From assembly GCA_963695095.1 (NCBI GenBank), contig CAVOFT010000001.1, forward strand, positions 800,001-864,000: 64,000 bases of DNA. Direction: 5' to 3'. This DNA is from an uncultured bacterium (GTDB taxonomy: Bacteria; Krumholzibacteriota; Krumholzibacteriia; JACNKJ01). The notes below the pieces were generated by a model. That model did no database searches. It was not told the DNA's origin and worked only from the letters and a program-made list of their open reading frames with translations. Of the stretch, positions 1-10,080 are shown piece after piece (the stretch's first letter is position 1; every line of letters starts with the position of its first letter). The position numbers were made by a program, and so were the translations under genes.

Positions 1-1
1 T

Positions 2-2020
2 CCCCTCGCCAGCGAGCGGCGTCGCGCACTCCCGCGCTTCGCCGCCGTCGATCAGGCGCTCGTCCTCCTCGATTGGGCCGGCGGCGCCTCCCCGGCAGAC
101 CTGCCCCAGCGCCTGCGCGGCGGCGTGGGCACCCCGGATGCTCTGCTCGCCGAACTGCAGGCCGAGGGCCGTGCCCGGGGCCTGCCGGTGGCGGCGCCCT
201 GGGCGCCCAGCCTCGCCGCCGCCCGCGCAGGCGCGCCGGAGGCCGACTGGTCCTGGCTCGACTGGCGGGATGCCCTGCCCACGGGATCGCTTCCGGGAGC
301 GGCCTGGCTCGAGCAGGTCGTGGCGCCGCTCATCGCCCTGCTCGCTGCGCCCCTGGCCGCGCAGATCGAGGGCTCCCTGCTGACGGCGGGCCGGGGCCCC
401 GAGCTGGCCATCCTCGCCGCGGATGCCCGGGCCCTCGAGCGCCTGGAGGCGGTGGCCATCGGCATCGCCGCCGCTCTGCCCGAGCCGCGCTCGCTCGCCG
501 TCTGGACCGAGCGCCTGCGCCGCGAGGCCGACGCCGAGAGCCTCAGCGTCCCCCTCGGCCGCGAGGGCGGGGGCCTGCTGCTGGGCAATCCCTTCCGCCT
601 GCGCCTGCCCGAGCTGCACACGGTCTTCGTCTGCGGACTCAACGAGGGTCTCTTCCCGCCGGCTTTTCGCGAGGACCCGCTCCTGCGCGACGTTGAGCGC
701 CGGGCCCTGGGCGGTGCGCTGCCCGACCGCCGCCAGCGACTGGCTCGCGAGCGCTACCTCTTCTATGTCGCCTGCACGCGGCCCGCGGCCAAGCTCTGGC
801 TGAGCTGGGCGGCGCGCGACGCGACCGGCCGCCCGCTGGCGCCCAGCCAGTTCGTCGCCGAGCTGCGGCGCCTGGCGCCGGTCTGGCCGGAGCCCCGGCG
901 CCTGCCGGCCCTGGCGATGGCCGAGAAGCTGCGCGATCCCGTCGATCTGCGCGGCCTGCTGCGGGATCGCCTGCTGGCCGGCGCGCGTCGCGAGGCCGCC
1001 GCCCTGGCCGCCGAGGCTGACGCCTGGCTGCGCGCCCAGGGCGAGGGAGCGCGCCTGGAGTCGGCCGCGCGGCCCCGTGGCGAGCCGCGCCTGGACGGCC
1101 ATCCCGCGCTGGCAGCCCATCTCCCGAGCACGCTGCATCTGAGCGCGAGCCGCCTGGAGGCCTTCGCCGAGTGCCCCTATCGCTTCCTGGGCACCTACCT
1201 GCTCGGCCTCGAGGAGGCCGAGACCTTCGAGCCCGGCGCGCGCGAGGAGGGCAGCCTGCTCCACCGCGTGCTCGAGCTGGTCCACGCCGAGGGCGCCCCG
1301 CCGCCGCCGGCGGCGCTGGCCGCGCTGCACGAGCGCGCCATCGCCGAGCTGGCCGATGCGCTGCCCGGCCTGAACTCCCCCCGCTTTCGCGCCGGCGATG
1401 CCCGCCGGCTGAGCCTGCTGGCGGGCTTCCTCGAGCGCGACGCGGAGCGCGTCGCTGCCTGCGGCTTCGCGCCGCGCGCCGCCGGCGCCGAGGCGCGCTT
1501 CTCGCTGCCCCTGGCCGAGCTGCCCGGCGGGCCCGATCCGGCCGATGCGGGCGTGGTCGTGACGGGCATCGTCGATCGCGTGGATGTGGACGGCGAGGGA
1601 CGCGAGCTGGTGCTCGACTACAAGCGCGGCAAGGCGGCGGCCGAGCGGCCGGACGCCGCTGAGCCCCGCCGCTTCCAGCTCGCGCTCTACGCCCTCGCGC
1701 GCAGCCGCGAGGCGGCGGTGGCCGGCGCGGCCTACTGCCAGCTGCAGGAAGCCAAGCTCCTGCGCGGCTGCTTCCGCGCCGACTTGAAGCCGCAGCTCGA
1801 GCCCTGGACCGTCCGCAGCGACAAGGGCCGCCACTGGCTCGACGAAGCGGACTGGGACGCCTGGCTCGCCCAGGTGGGCAAGCGCCTGCGCGAGATCGTC
1901 GGCGCCATTCGCGCCGGCCGGCTCGAGCCGCTGCCCCGCGAAGGCCTGGACAGTTGCCGCTGCTGCGCGCTAAGGCCGCTGTGCCGCTGGGAAGAGGAGG
2001 CGGCGCTCGATGGCGACTGA
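2..2020 (+). CDS. addB: AddB/RexB-like PD-(D/E)XK nuclease subunit (5'-truncated by window edge)
   Basis: Frame is open from base 2. Degenerate helicase motifs (GLNEGLFP, ERYLFYVACTR), nuclease motifs (LSASRLE..CPY, GIVDRVD, LDYK, QLALY) and C-terminal Cys cluster CRCC..C. Overlaps the addA-like gene. Confidence 0.8.
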   Translation, partial: PLASERRRALPRFAAVDQALVLLDWAGGASPADLPQRLRGGVGTPDALLAELQAEGRARGLPVAAPWAPSLAAARAGAPEADWSWLDWRDALPTGSLPGAAWLEQVVAPLIALLAAPLAAQIEGSLLTAGRGPELAILAADARALERLEAVAIGIAAALPEPRSLAVWTERLRREADAESLSVPLGREGGGLLLGNPFRLRLPELHTVFVCGLNEGLFPPAFREDPLLRDVERRALGGALPDRRQRLARERYLFYVACTRPAAKLWLSWAARDATGRPLAPSQFVAELRRLAPVWPEPRRLPALAMAEKLRDPVDLRGLLRDRLLAGARREAAALAAEADAWLRAQGEGARLESAARPRGEPRLDGHPALAAHLPSTLHLSASRLEAFAECPYRFLGTYLLGLEEAETFEPGAREEGSLLHRVLELVHAEGAPPPPAALAALHERAIAELADALPGLNSPRFRAGDARRLSLLAGFLERDAERVAACGFAPRAAGAEARFSLPLAELPGGPDPADAGVVVTGIVDRVDVDGEGRELVLDYKRGKAAAERPDAAEPRRFQLALYALARSREAAVAGAAYCQLQEAKLLRGCFRADLKPQLEPWTVRSDKGRHWLDEADWDAWLAQVGKRLREIVGAIRAGRLEPLPREGLDSCRCCALRPLCRWEEEAALDGD

Positions 2021-5000
2021 CTTCCCGCTCATTCCCGAGCAGCGGCAACCGATCGAGGCCATCAGGGAGCACTGCCTGCTGGCCGCGGGCGCCGGCTCCG
2101 GCAAGACCCGCGTGCTCGTCGAGCGCTACCTGCACGTCCTCGCGAGCGCCGGCTGGGATCCGCGCCTGCCGGCACGTATCCTGGCCGTGACCTTCACCGA
2201 GAAGGCAGCGCTCGAGATGCGCACGCGCATCCTGGACCGCCTGGCCGAGCAGGAGGCGAAGGCCCAGGGCCCGGAGCGCGAGGCCCTCCTCGCCCTCGGC
2301 CGCGAGATGGAAAGCGCGCCCATCTCCACCATCCACGGTTTCTGCAGCCGGGTGCTGCGAGAGCATGCCGTGGAGGCCGGCCTGGACCCGCGCTTCCGCG
2401 TGCCGAGCGAGCTGGAGCTGGCCACCCTGCGCCAGGAGGTGCTGGATGCCCTCCTCGTCGAGGCGGACGCGGATCTGGACCTGCTCGCCGCCACCTTCAA
2501 GCTCGCGGATCTCCTCGCCGCCCTGGAGGAACTGCGCAGCCTGCGCCGCAGCCTCGGCCTCGATCCCGCCGAGCTGGTCGGAGACGCGGCCGCCGAACTC
2601 GCCGCGCGACAAGACGAATGGCTGCACGCGCTGCTCGGCGAGGCGCTCGTCAGCGGCCAGCGGGCCCTGCCGGCGGCCCTGGCCGGCCTCTCCGCACAGT
2701 GCCCGGGCGGCGAGCACCCCCAGCCCGGCGGCCGCAAGCGCCTCGCCGAGGCCGCGGCCCGGCTGGCCGGCTGTGATCTCGGCCTTCCCCAGCCGGAACT
2801 GCCCGAGGCGCTGCGCATCGCGCTCTCTCATTTGCGCACGCAGGGCGCCGGCCTCGAGGACTGCGGGCACCTGGCGAACGACTACGACGAACTCAAGAAG
2901 CAGCTCGCGGAACTGGCGACCCTGGCCGCTACCTGGGTGGCCGGTGCGCCCGCAGGGCCGACGGCGGCCCGCTTCGCCGCGCTGCGCGCCGCGGCCTTCC
3001 GTCTCTGCGGGCGCTACGAGGCCGGCATCAAGGAGCGCATGCGCGCGCGCGCCTGGCTGGACTTCGAGGACCTGCAACTCGAGACCGCGGCCCTGCTCGC
3101 CGAGCATGCCGGCGTGCGGCGGCGCTTGCAGGAGCTCTACCAGCACGTCCTCGTGGACGAGTTCCAGGACACCAATCGCCTGCAGCTGGCCCTCGTGCGC
3201 CTGCTCGTGCCGCCGGACACCGACCCCTGCCAGCGCGCGCTCTTCCTGGTCGGCGATGAGCGCCAGAGCATCTACGGCTTCCGCCACGCGGACGTGGAGA
3301 GCTTTCGCAGCGAGCGCGCCCGCATGGCCGCGCGCGGCGAGAGCGCGAGCCTGGAGTTCAACCACCGCAGCCACCCCGGCCTGCTCGAGTTCTACAATGC
3401 CGTCTTTCCGGCGACGGAGTTTCCGCCCCTGCGCTCGCGGACGGAGCTGGCGCCGGAGGAGCCGCCGCGGGTGCTGCTGCAGCTGACCCCCTGCGAGGAG
3501 GGGGAGCGCATCGAAGCCCAGCGCCTGCGCGCCGCCCGCCATCTCGTCGCGACGCTGAAGGCGGCGCGGGAAGACGGGCTCGCCGTCGGCTGGCCGCGCG
3601 AGGCGCGGGCTCTGGACTGGGGTGACATCGCCATCCTCGTGCGCAGCGGCGCCAGCGTGCGGCCTCTGGTGCGGGCCCTGGCGGAGGCGGCCGTGCCCTA
3701 TGCCGCCGACGCCGGCCGCGAGTACTTCCTCCGCCGCGAGCTGCAGGACCTCGAGGCCCTGGTGGCGGCCCTGGACGATCCCTTCGACACCTTCACCCTC
3801 GCTCGGGGCCTGCGCGGGGACCTGGTCGGCATCAGCCGGACGGATCTGCTGGCCCTGTTGCCCGCGCGGGGGAGGGAGCGCCGCAGCGGACGCGACCGGG
3901 GCGAGCTCCTGGAGCGCCTCGAGGCCGCCGCCGCGGGTCTGCCCGGGCTCAGCGAGGATGGCCGGGAGCGCCTGGCCGGCTTCCTGGCGCTGCGCCGCAG
4001 CTTCGCGGGCCGACTCGGGCGCCTGCCCCTGGCGGAACTCGTGCCGGCCCTGGTGGCGGCCACCGACTACGACCTGCGCGCCGCCGCGGAGCCGCAGGCC
4101 CTGCGCATCCTGCGCAACCTGCGCCAGCTCGGCGAGCTGCTCGGCGAGCTGGAGAGCGGCCGCCGGCTCAGCCTGCACGAGTTCGTCGAAGGCATGGCCG
4201 CCCTGCGCGAGCACGCGCCGCGCCAGCAGGAGGCCTGGGTGCCCGAGGAGGGCGGCAGCCTCCTGCGCATCCTCACCATCCATGGCGCCAAGGGGCTCGA
4301 ATTCCCGCTGGTCGCCGTCTTCGATCTCGACCGCGGCCTGCGCCCGGGCCGCGGGGGCGGCGATCTCGCCCTGCTGCACGCCGATCTGCCGGCGGGGCCG
4401 ACGGCGCTGCTCGGCCTGCGGCTCCGCGATCCGGGGCGACCTGCGGACGGGGACCTGCGCCGATACGGGCCATGTCTGGATCGCCCGCGAGCGTCGGCGC
4501 CGGGACAGCGTCGAGGACCTGCGTCTGCTCTACGTGGCCCTGACCCGCGCCCAGGACTACCTGGTCCTGGCCGGCAGCCTGCCGGGGCCGGCCGCCGCCG
4601 CGGGCCCCGCCGCGAGCCTGGCCGGCGCCCGAGCGCCCGAACACGACTTCCTCGGCCGCCTCAACGCCGGGCTGGCCGCTGCCGCCGCGGCGCCCCGCAG
4701 CTTGCGCATTGCCCACGCTGGGGACGCCGATCGCCTGATGGGTCCGGCCGCCCCGCGCAGCGTCGAGCAGACAGAGCCGCCGCTGCCGGCGCCGGACTGG
4801 CCGCTGCTGCTGCCGGCCGCCGCCCCGCCGCCGCTCCTCGAGCTGTCCGTCACCAGCCTCGCCCTGCTGGGCAGCTGCCCCCTGCGCTGGATGCTCGAAC
4901 GCCGGCTCGGCCTCGGTCTGCTCTTTCGACCGGACGGCGAGTCCTGGACGCCCGCCCCGCGGCCTGCGCTGGAGAGCGAAGGCGGCGCCGCCCTCGGCAG

Positions 5001-5688
5001 CGCCCTCCACGCCATCCTCGAGCGCTGGGACTTCCGCCGTCCCTGCGCCGAAGCCTTTGCGCTGGCCTGCCCGGCCGCACTGTCGCCGCGGCTGCGCGCC
5101 GATGCCGAGGCGCTGCTGGCGACCTTCTTCGCGGCCAAGCAGCCCTGGCTGACACGCCTGGCGGAGGCCGGCGATCTGCGCCGGGAAGAGACCTTCGTCC
5201 ATGCCCTGGACGGCGTGCTGCTCCGCGGACAGATCGATCTCGTCTTCACCTGGCAGGGCCAGCGCGTTCTGCTCGACTGGAAGAGCGACCGCGTCAGCGG
5301 CCGCGAGCACCTCCTGCGCCGGCTCGGGCATCATCGCTTCCAGATCTTGCTCTACGCGCTCGCCCTGGCGGCGGCGGGCCAGCCGGTGGATCAGGCGCTG
5401 CTGGTCTTCCTGCGGGCCGGCGAAGAGGGCGGTTTCCGCCAGGTGCGCCTGGAGCCCTTCGACCTCGAGTGGGCCGCCAACCACGCGCGGCGGCTCGCCG
5501 CGCAGGCACAGGCCCTGTCCGCCCTCGTCGACGCGCCGAGCACGGAGGCCCTGCTGAGCGCGGTGCCCCGCGGTCAGGATCCACCCTGCCAGGACTGCGC
5601 CTTCCGCAACGGGCCCTGCCCGCGGAGCTACCGGAGCGCCTCGCACGGCCTGCGCAATTGGCCACTCCCGGACATCTCGGCGCAATAA
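2010..5688 (+). CDS. addA: AddA/UvrD-like ATP-dependent helicase-nuclease (one frameshift at ~4433-4437)
   Basis: AGAGSGKT, VTFTEKAA, STIHGFC, VDEFQDTN, VGDERQSIYGFR and TIHGAKGLEF lie in the 2010 frame; RLLYVALTRA, GQIDL and DWKS lie in the 3622..5688 frame after a +1 shift in a G run. Confidence 0.85.
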
Positions 5689-5769
5689 TAATTCTGCAAT
5701 AGCTGCAGATTGCGAAGCAGGACCGCCCTGCTGAGCTATCTCCCGCCACCGCTTGCCACTGCGGGCGCC

Positions 5770-5785
5770 TGGTCCATTTTCTGCA
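5770..5785 (+). promoter_or_regulatory. possible sigma54 (-24/-12) promoter for the pilin cluster
   Basis: TGGTCC-ATTTT-CTGCA has exact GG-N10-GC spacing; an AT-rich dyad (tctgca-N5-tgcaga) lies upstream at ~5693-5709. Confidence 0.4.
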
Positions 5786-5852
5786 TTCCAGCCGCGTGGA
5801 TGGTGGCGAACCATCCGGATGCAAAGAGGAAGGACGAGAAAGGACGCGGGAC

Positions 5853-6497
5853 ATGGCGGTCACCCCAGACCATCGCGGGCGCAACGGGCGCCATGCCAGC
5901 CGGCCGGCCAGCGCCGGCTTCACTCTGGTGGAGCTGATGGCTGCGGTCGCCGTCTTCGGCATTCTGGTGTCCATTGCAGTGCCCTCGGTCTACCGCAGCA
6001 TGGACACCATGGAGAGCAAGCAGAACGCCGAGGCCCTGGGCGGCCGCCTGCGGCTCGCCCGCGCCCAGGCGCTGAGCACCTTCAGCGACATCGTCGTCTA
6101 CTTCAACCGCGACGGCATCGGCACCTACACGGTGCACGTGGACAACGGCGGCGGCTCCGGGCTGCCCGGCGACGCCGACTTCGATCCCGCGAACAAGAAC
6201 AACGGCGTCGTGGATGCGGGCGAGCGCGTGTCCACGCCCATCCCGTTGCCGGCGCGAGCCGTGTTCGGTTACGTGCCCGGCGCCATGACCAGCGAGGGCG
6301 ACTTCATCAACAGCGCCTTCGGTTTCGCAGGCAATCCGCCGCGGCTGACCTTCCACTCCGACGGCACCTGCGAGAACACCGGTTGGATCAGCGTGATGCC
6401 TTTGACGGACTTCTTGGACCAGAACCCGGGCCGCGACTACCTCGTGGAGGTCACGTCCACGACGGGCGAAGTGCGCACCGTGCGCGCCGGGCACTAG
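5853..6497 (+). CDS. type IV minor pilin/pseudopilin, FimT/GspH-like
   Basis: Class III signal G|FTLVELMAAVAVFGIL, 'LRLARAQAL' helix and 'LTFHSDG' motif; ATG at 5853 follows a purine-rich SD. Confidence 0.8.
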   Translation: MAVTPDHRGRNGRHASRPASAGFTLVELMAAVAVFGILVSIAVPSVYRSMDTMESKQNAEALGGRLRLARAQALSTFSDIVVYFNRDGIGTYTVHVDNGGGSGLPGDADFDPANKNNGVVDAGERVSTPIPLPARAVFGYVPGAMTSEGDFINSAFGFAGNPPRLTFHSDGTCENTGWISVMPLTDFLDQNPGRDYLVEVTSTTGEVRTVRAGH

Positions 6498-6511
6498 GCG
6501 AAGGAGGCGGC

Positions 6512-6928
6512 ATGAATCGGCAAGGCTACAGCATCCTCGAGGCAGTGGTGGCGATGACCATCTTCGCCGTCGGCCTCTTGGCGCTCTCACAGTCCTACTT
6601 CGGCGTCATGCGCGCCCAGGTGGGAGCGCGCAACCATGAGCTGGCTACCCAGTGCGCGCGCGACCGCTTGGAAGAGATCGTCAACTCGGTCAGCTACGCG
6701 AGCATCACGGCAGCCAACTTCCCCGATGAAGGTTACGGCAGCATCGATGCGGGTGATCCGAAATTCGATCAGTTCGCGCGCACCGTGGCCATCGACGATT
6801 CATTGAACGCGATCAACCAGAGCGTCCTCAAGGAGGTCACCGTGCGCGTCACCTGGCAGACGGCTGCCGGCACGCGCGACGTGACTCTCAATACCGTCGT
6901 CGCTCGCTACCGGGACGTGCAGCTATGA
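6512..6928 (+). CDS. type IV minor pilin, PilV-like
   Basis: G|YSILEAVVAMTIFAVGLLAL prepilin motif, C-terminal 'KEVTVRVTW', SD AAGGAGG. Confidence 0.8.
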   Translation: MNRQGYSILEAVVAMTIFAVGLLALSQSYFGVMRAQVGARNHELATQCARDRLEEIVNSVSYASITAANFPDEGYGSIDAGDPKFDQFARTVAIDDSLNAINQSVLKEVTVRVTWQTAAGTRDVTLNTVVARYRDVQL

Positions 6929-9900
6929 TCGACTCGCGTACGCCCAGCTCCCTTCATGCCGCGGACCGCTTGCGGGCGGGCTTCACCCTGGTGGAGCTCG
7001 TCATCGGCACGCTCGTGGCGAGCATCGTCATCGTGGTGGCCTTCCAGGTGCTGGTCGGCGAACAGCGCTCGGCGGAGGCGCGCCGCCAGGAGATGAACGC
7101 CCAGCAGAACCTGCGCGTGGCGGTTGATGGCCTGACGCGCGACATCCGCATGGCGGGCTTCGGCGTGGATCAGTTCAGCAGCCAGCCGCGCGTGATCGAC
7201 GCCGGGCCCTGGCAGATGGCCTTCAACGGCGATCTCTCCAGCGGCGTGGGCGGGGAACCGGCCATGGCGGCCAACATGCAGATCAAGCTCTCCGGCGGCG
7301 CCACCTACAGCCCCGGCGATTTCCCGAGCGAAAACCTCGGCGGCGAGCCCTGGTACAGCGGCGGCGCCGAGACCATCGTCTTCGGCCTGGACGCCAACAA
7401 CGACGGCATCATCGACGACGACGACCTCTACGGTGCCAGCGACTGCCCGGCCGATTACGCCATCTACCGCGGCGTCAACGGCCTGCGCACCGAGCGCTTG
7501 GCCTTCGGCCTTCGCGGCCCGGAAGCCTACCCGGACGGCACCCTGCCGCCTCCCCTCTTCCGCTATTGGGGCGATTTCGGCGGCGGCGGTCTCAGGCTGT
7601 GGGGCGACGCGAACGGCGACGGCGAATTGAGCCAGACGGAGATCTCGAATCTCAATCCGGTCAGCGTGAACGAGCTGGCCAACATCCTCTACGTCGACAT
7701 CGAGGCGGGGACCTTCAGCGCCAGCGAAGTGACGCCTTCGCCGCACGCGCATGGGACCGAGGCCGATCCCTTCCGCTACCTTGAGCTCAGCACGGGCACG
7801 CGGGTGCGGCCGCGCAACCTGGGCGTCAATCCGGCGGACATGTCGGCCTGCGGCAATCCGCCGGCGCGCCCGAGCGGCATCTGGGTCGAGGACACCCCGG
7901 ATGACGCGGGGTCGAGCATCACCGTGCACTTCAACGCCTCCGCCGACGAGATGAACGGCGAGGAGGACGTCACCCACTACTACATCTACCGCCGGGAAGC
8001 GGGGGGCGTCTACAGCGGCGCCATCGCCTCCGTGCCGGCGGCCGGCGTTGGCAGTTATGCCTTCGCCAACGACCTGCACACGCCGGACGAGGCGGACATC
8101 CCGGTGGATGGCGTCGATTACTACTACCGCTTGACAGCCTGGGACTGCGGCCCCCAGGAGAGCCCGATGTCCTACGAAGTGGGGCCGGTGGCGAGTCAGC
8201 CCAACGGTTCGGCTCCGCCCATGCTCGTGCAGGCCTTCGATACGCCCTGTGACGACGGCGAAGAAGTCACCCTCATTTTCACCCAGAGCCCGGACGAGGG
8301 CGCCGGCCTGGTCAGCGGCTATCGCATCTTCCGCGGCCCCAGCGGCGGCGACTTCCTGGCCAAGACCCTGATCGGCTTCCTCGCCTCGTCCGGTGCGGCC
8401 AGCTACACGTTCCTGGACAATGATGCGAACAACATCGCCGGCGCGCCGCCGGTGGACGGGCAGCCCTACTGGTACACCGTCCGCGCCGTGAACGACACCA
8501 TCGTCTCGGTGGATTCCAACGAGCTGGGCCCGGTGGATGCCAATGACGGCCTCAGCGCCGCCCTGCTGGAGGCCATCCAGGACGTGCCCTTCGACAACGG
8601 CAGCCGCTTGAACGTCAACTGGCTGCGCTCGGAGAGCGAAACCTGCTCGCCGAATCCGGTGCTGGGCTATCGCCTGCAGCGCAAGGACCCGCTGGCGGCC
8701 AACTTCGCGGATATCAGCTTCTACGCGATCACGGGCGATCCCGCCTACGCCGTCGAGGACAGCGGACTCTTGGCCGGGCAACCCTATGTCTACCGGGTGA
8801 TGACGGTCAGCATGGATGAGGAGCGGCCCAGCAACGAGATGCAGGGCGTGCCCACCAACAACATCGATCTGCTGCCGCCCACGAATCTGGCCGCCGGCGG
8901 CGTGCCTTGCGATGCGAGCGGCGCCATCCAGCTGAGCTGGGACCGCTCCTATCACGACAACGGCAGCGGCGACGTCGAGTGGTACCGCATCTTCCGCCGC
9001 GTGCAGGCCAGCCCGACCTGGGCGGAGCTCGACCGGGTGGCAGCCATGGCCAGCACGCACTACAGCTATGCCGACAACGCCGCCAGCCCCTTGCCGCCGG
9101 TGATCGGGCTGACCTACGAGTACGTCGTGACGGCCTACAACCAGAGCAACGGCAACGAGTCGGGCTACTCGAACATGGGTACCTGCACCTCTGCGAGCGT
9201 TCCGGACGCGCCTTACGTGTGGCAGGCCGTCGACACCGTCAACGATCACGGCGGCTCGATCACCGTGCGCTTCACGCGCAGCGACGACGACGGCTCCTGC
9301 ACGGACACCGTGGTCTCCTACACGATCTACCGCCACACGGACTGGGGCGGCTTCACGGACGCGCACATCGTCGGGGTGGTGACGGCGCTGAATCAGAGCA
9401 ACTACACCTTCATCGACAACGGCAGCCAGGCGGCGCCGCCGGTGGACGGCACCGGCTACTACTACATGGCGCGGGCCTGGGACGGCACCCAGTTCTCGGT
9501 GAACAGCAACGTGAAGGGCCCGGCCATCGCCCTGGACGACGGCACCTCGACGGCGACGATCTTCGCCGACGGCTTCGAGAGCAACCTGAACTGGACGCAC
9601 GGCGGCCCCGAGGACGACTGGCAGCGCGGGGACCCCGTCGCGCGGGCCCAGACCTACGGCCGTCCCGACCCGGAGAACGCCAATCTCGGGACCATGGTCT
9701 ACGGCACGGACATCGGCGCCTCGGGCTGGAACGGCACCTACCGGGCCAACGCCAACTCCTGGCTGATGAGCCCCTCCATCGACTGCTCCGACTACGAGAA
9801 CGTGCAGCTCGTCTTCGCGCGCTGGCTCAATGTCGAGCAGCCGCTCTACGACCGGGCCATCGTGGAAGTGAGCGGCTCGGGCAGCGGCGGACCCTGGGTG

Positions 9901-10080
9901 GAGATCTGGCGCAACAGCGTGGAGATCACCGACAACAGCTGGCAGTGGATGAATTTCAACATCGGCGCCGTTGCCGACGATCGGGCGGATGTGCGCATTC
10001 GCTTCCGCCTGATCACCGATGGCAGCTGGCACTACGCGGGATGGAACATCGATGAAGTGCATGTCATTGGCGATCACTAG
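6925..10080 (+). CDS. giant PilW-like prepilin with ~5 FN3-like repeats and a C-terminal beta-sandwich (MAM/adhesin-like) domain
   Basis: G|FTLVELVIG, QQNLR and DIRMAGFG (PilW-like); five repeats of the DxPxDxG..I..F/W..SxD...YxIYR...YxYxV.A type; ATGA overlap with the previous gene. Confidence 0.75.
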   Translation: MIDSRTPSSLHAADRLRAGFTLVELVIGTLVASIVIVVAFQVLVGEQRSAEARRQEMNAQQNLRVAVDGLTRDIRMAGFGVDQFSSQPRVIDAGPWQMAFNGDLSSGVGGEPAMAANMQIKLSGGATYSPGDFPSENLGGEPWYSGGAETIVFGLDANNDGIIDDDDLYGASDCPADYAIYRGVNGLRTERLAFGLRGPEAYPDGTLPPPLFRYWGDFGGGGLRLWGDANGDGELSQTEISNLNPVSVNELANILYVDIEAGTFSASEVTPSPHAHGTEADPFRYLELSTGTRVRPRNLGVNPADMSACGNPPARPSGIWVEDTPDDAGSSITVHFNASADEMNGEEDVTHYYIYRREAGGVYSGAIASVPAAGVGSYAFANDLHTPDEADIPVDGVDYYYRLTAWDCGPQESPMSYEVGPVASQPNGSAPPMLVQAFDTPCDDGEEVTLIFTQSPDEGAGLVSGYRIFRGPSGGDFLAKTLIGFLASSGAASYTFLDNDANNIAGAPPVDGQPYWYTVRAVNDTIVSVDSNELGPVDANDGLSAALLEAIQDVPFDNGSRLNVNWLRSESETCSPNPVLGYRLQRKDPLAANFADISFYAITGDPAYAVEDSGLLAGQPYVYRVMTVSMDEERPSNEMQGVPTNNIDLLPPTNLAAGGVPCDASGAIQLSWDRSYHDNGSGDVEWYRIFRRVQASPTWAELDRVAAMASTHYSYADNAASPLPPVIGLTYEYVVTAYNQSNGNESGYSNMGTCTSASVPDAPYVWQAVDTVNDHGGSITVRFTRSDDDGSCTDTVVSYTIYRHTDWGGFTDAHIVGVVTALNQSNYTFIDNGSQAAPPVDGTGYYYMARAWDGTQFSVNSNVKGPAIALDDGTSTATIFADGFESNLNWTHGGPEDDWQRGDPVARAQTYGRPDPENANLGTMVYGTDIGASGWNGTYRANANSWLMSPSIDCSDYENVQLVFARWLNVEQPLYDRAIVEVSGSGSGGPWVEIWRNSVEITDNSWQWMNFNIGAVADDRADVRIRFRLITDGSWHYAGWNIDEVHVIGDH

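Noticed and set aside
4437..5702. Arg/Pro-rich C-terminal third of the 1230-aa ORF as a novel AddA domain
   Set aside because: It is out-of-frame readthrough after the frameshift; the real motifs lie in the 3622..5688 frame.
5795..5850. c-di-GMP-I (GEMM) riboswitch before the pilin cluster (ggcgaacc...gcaaag)
   Set aside because: It lacks the GNRA-capped P2 and a following P3 stem; only a simple hairpin is supportable.
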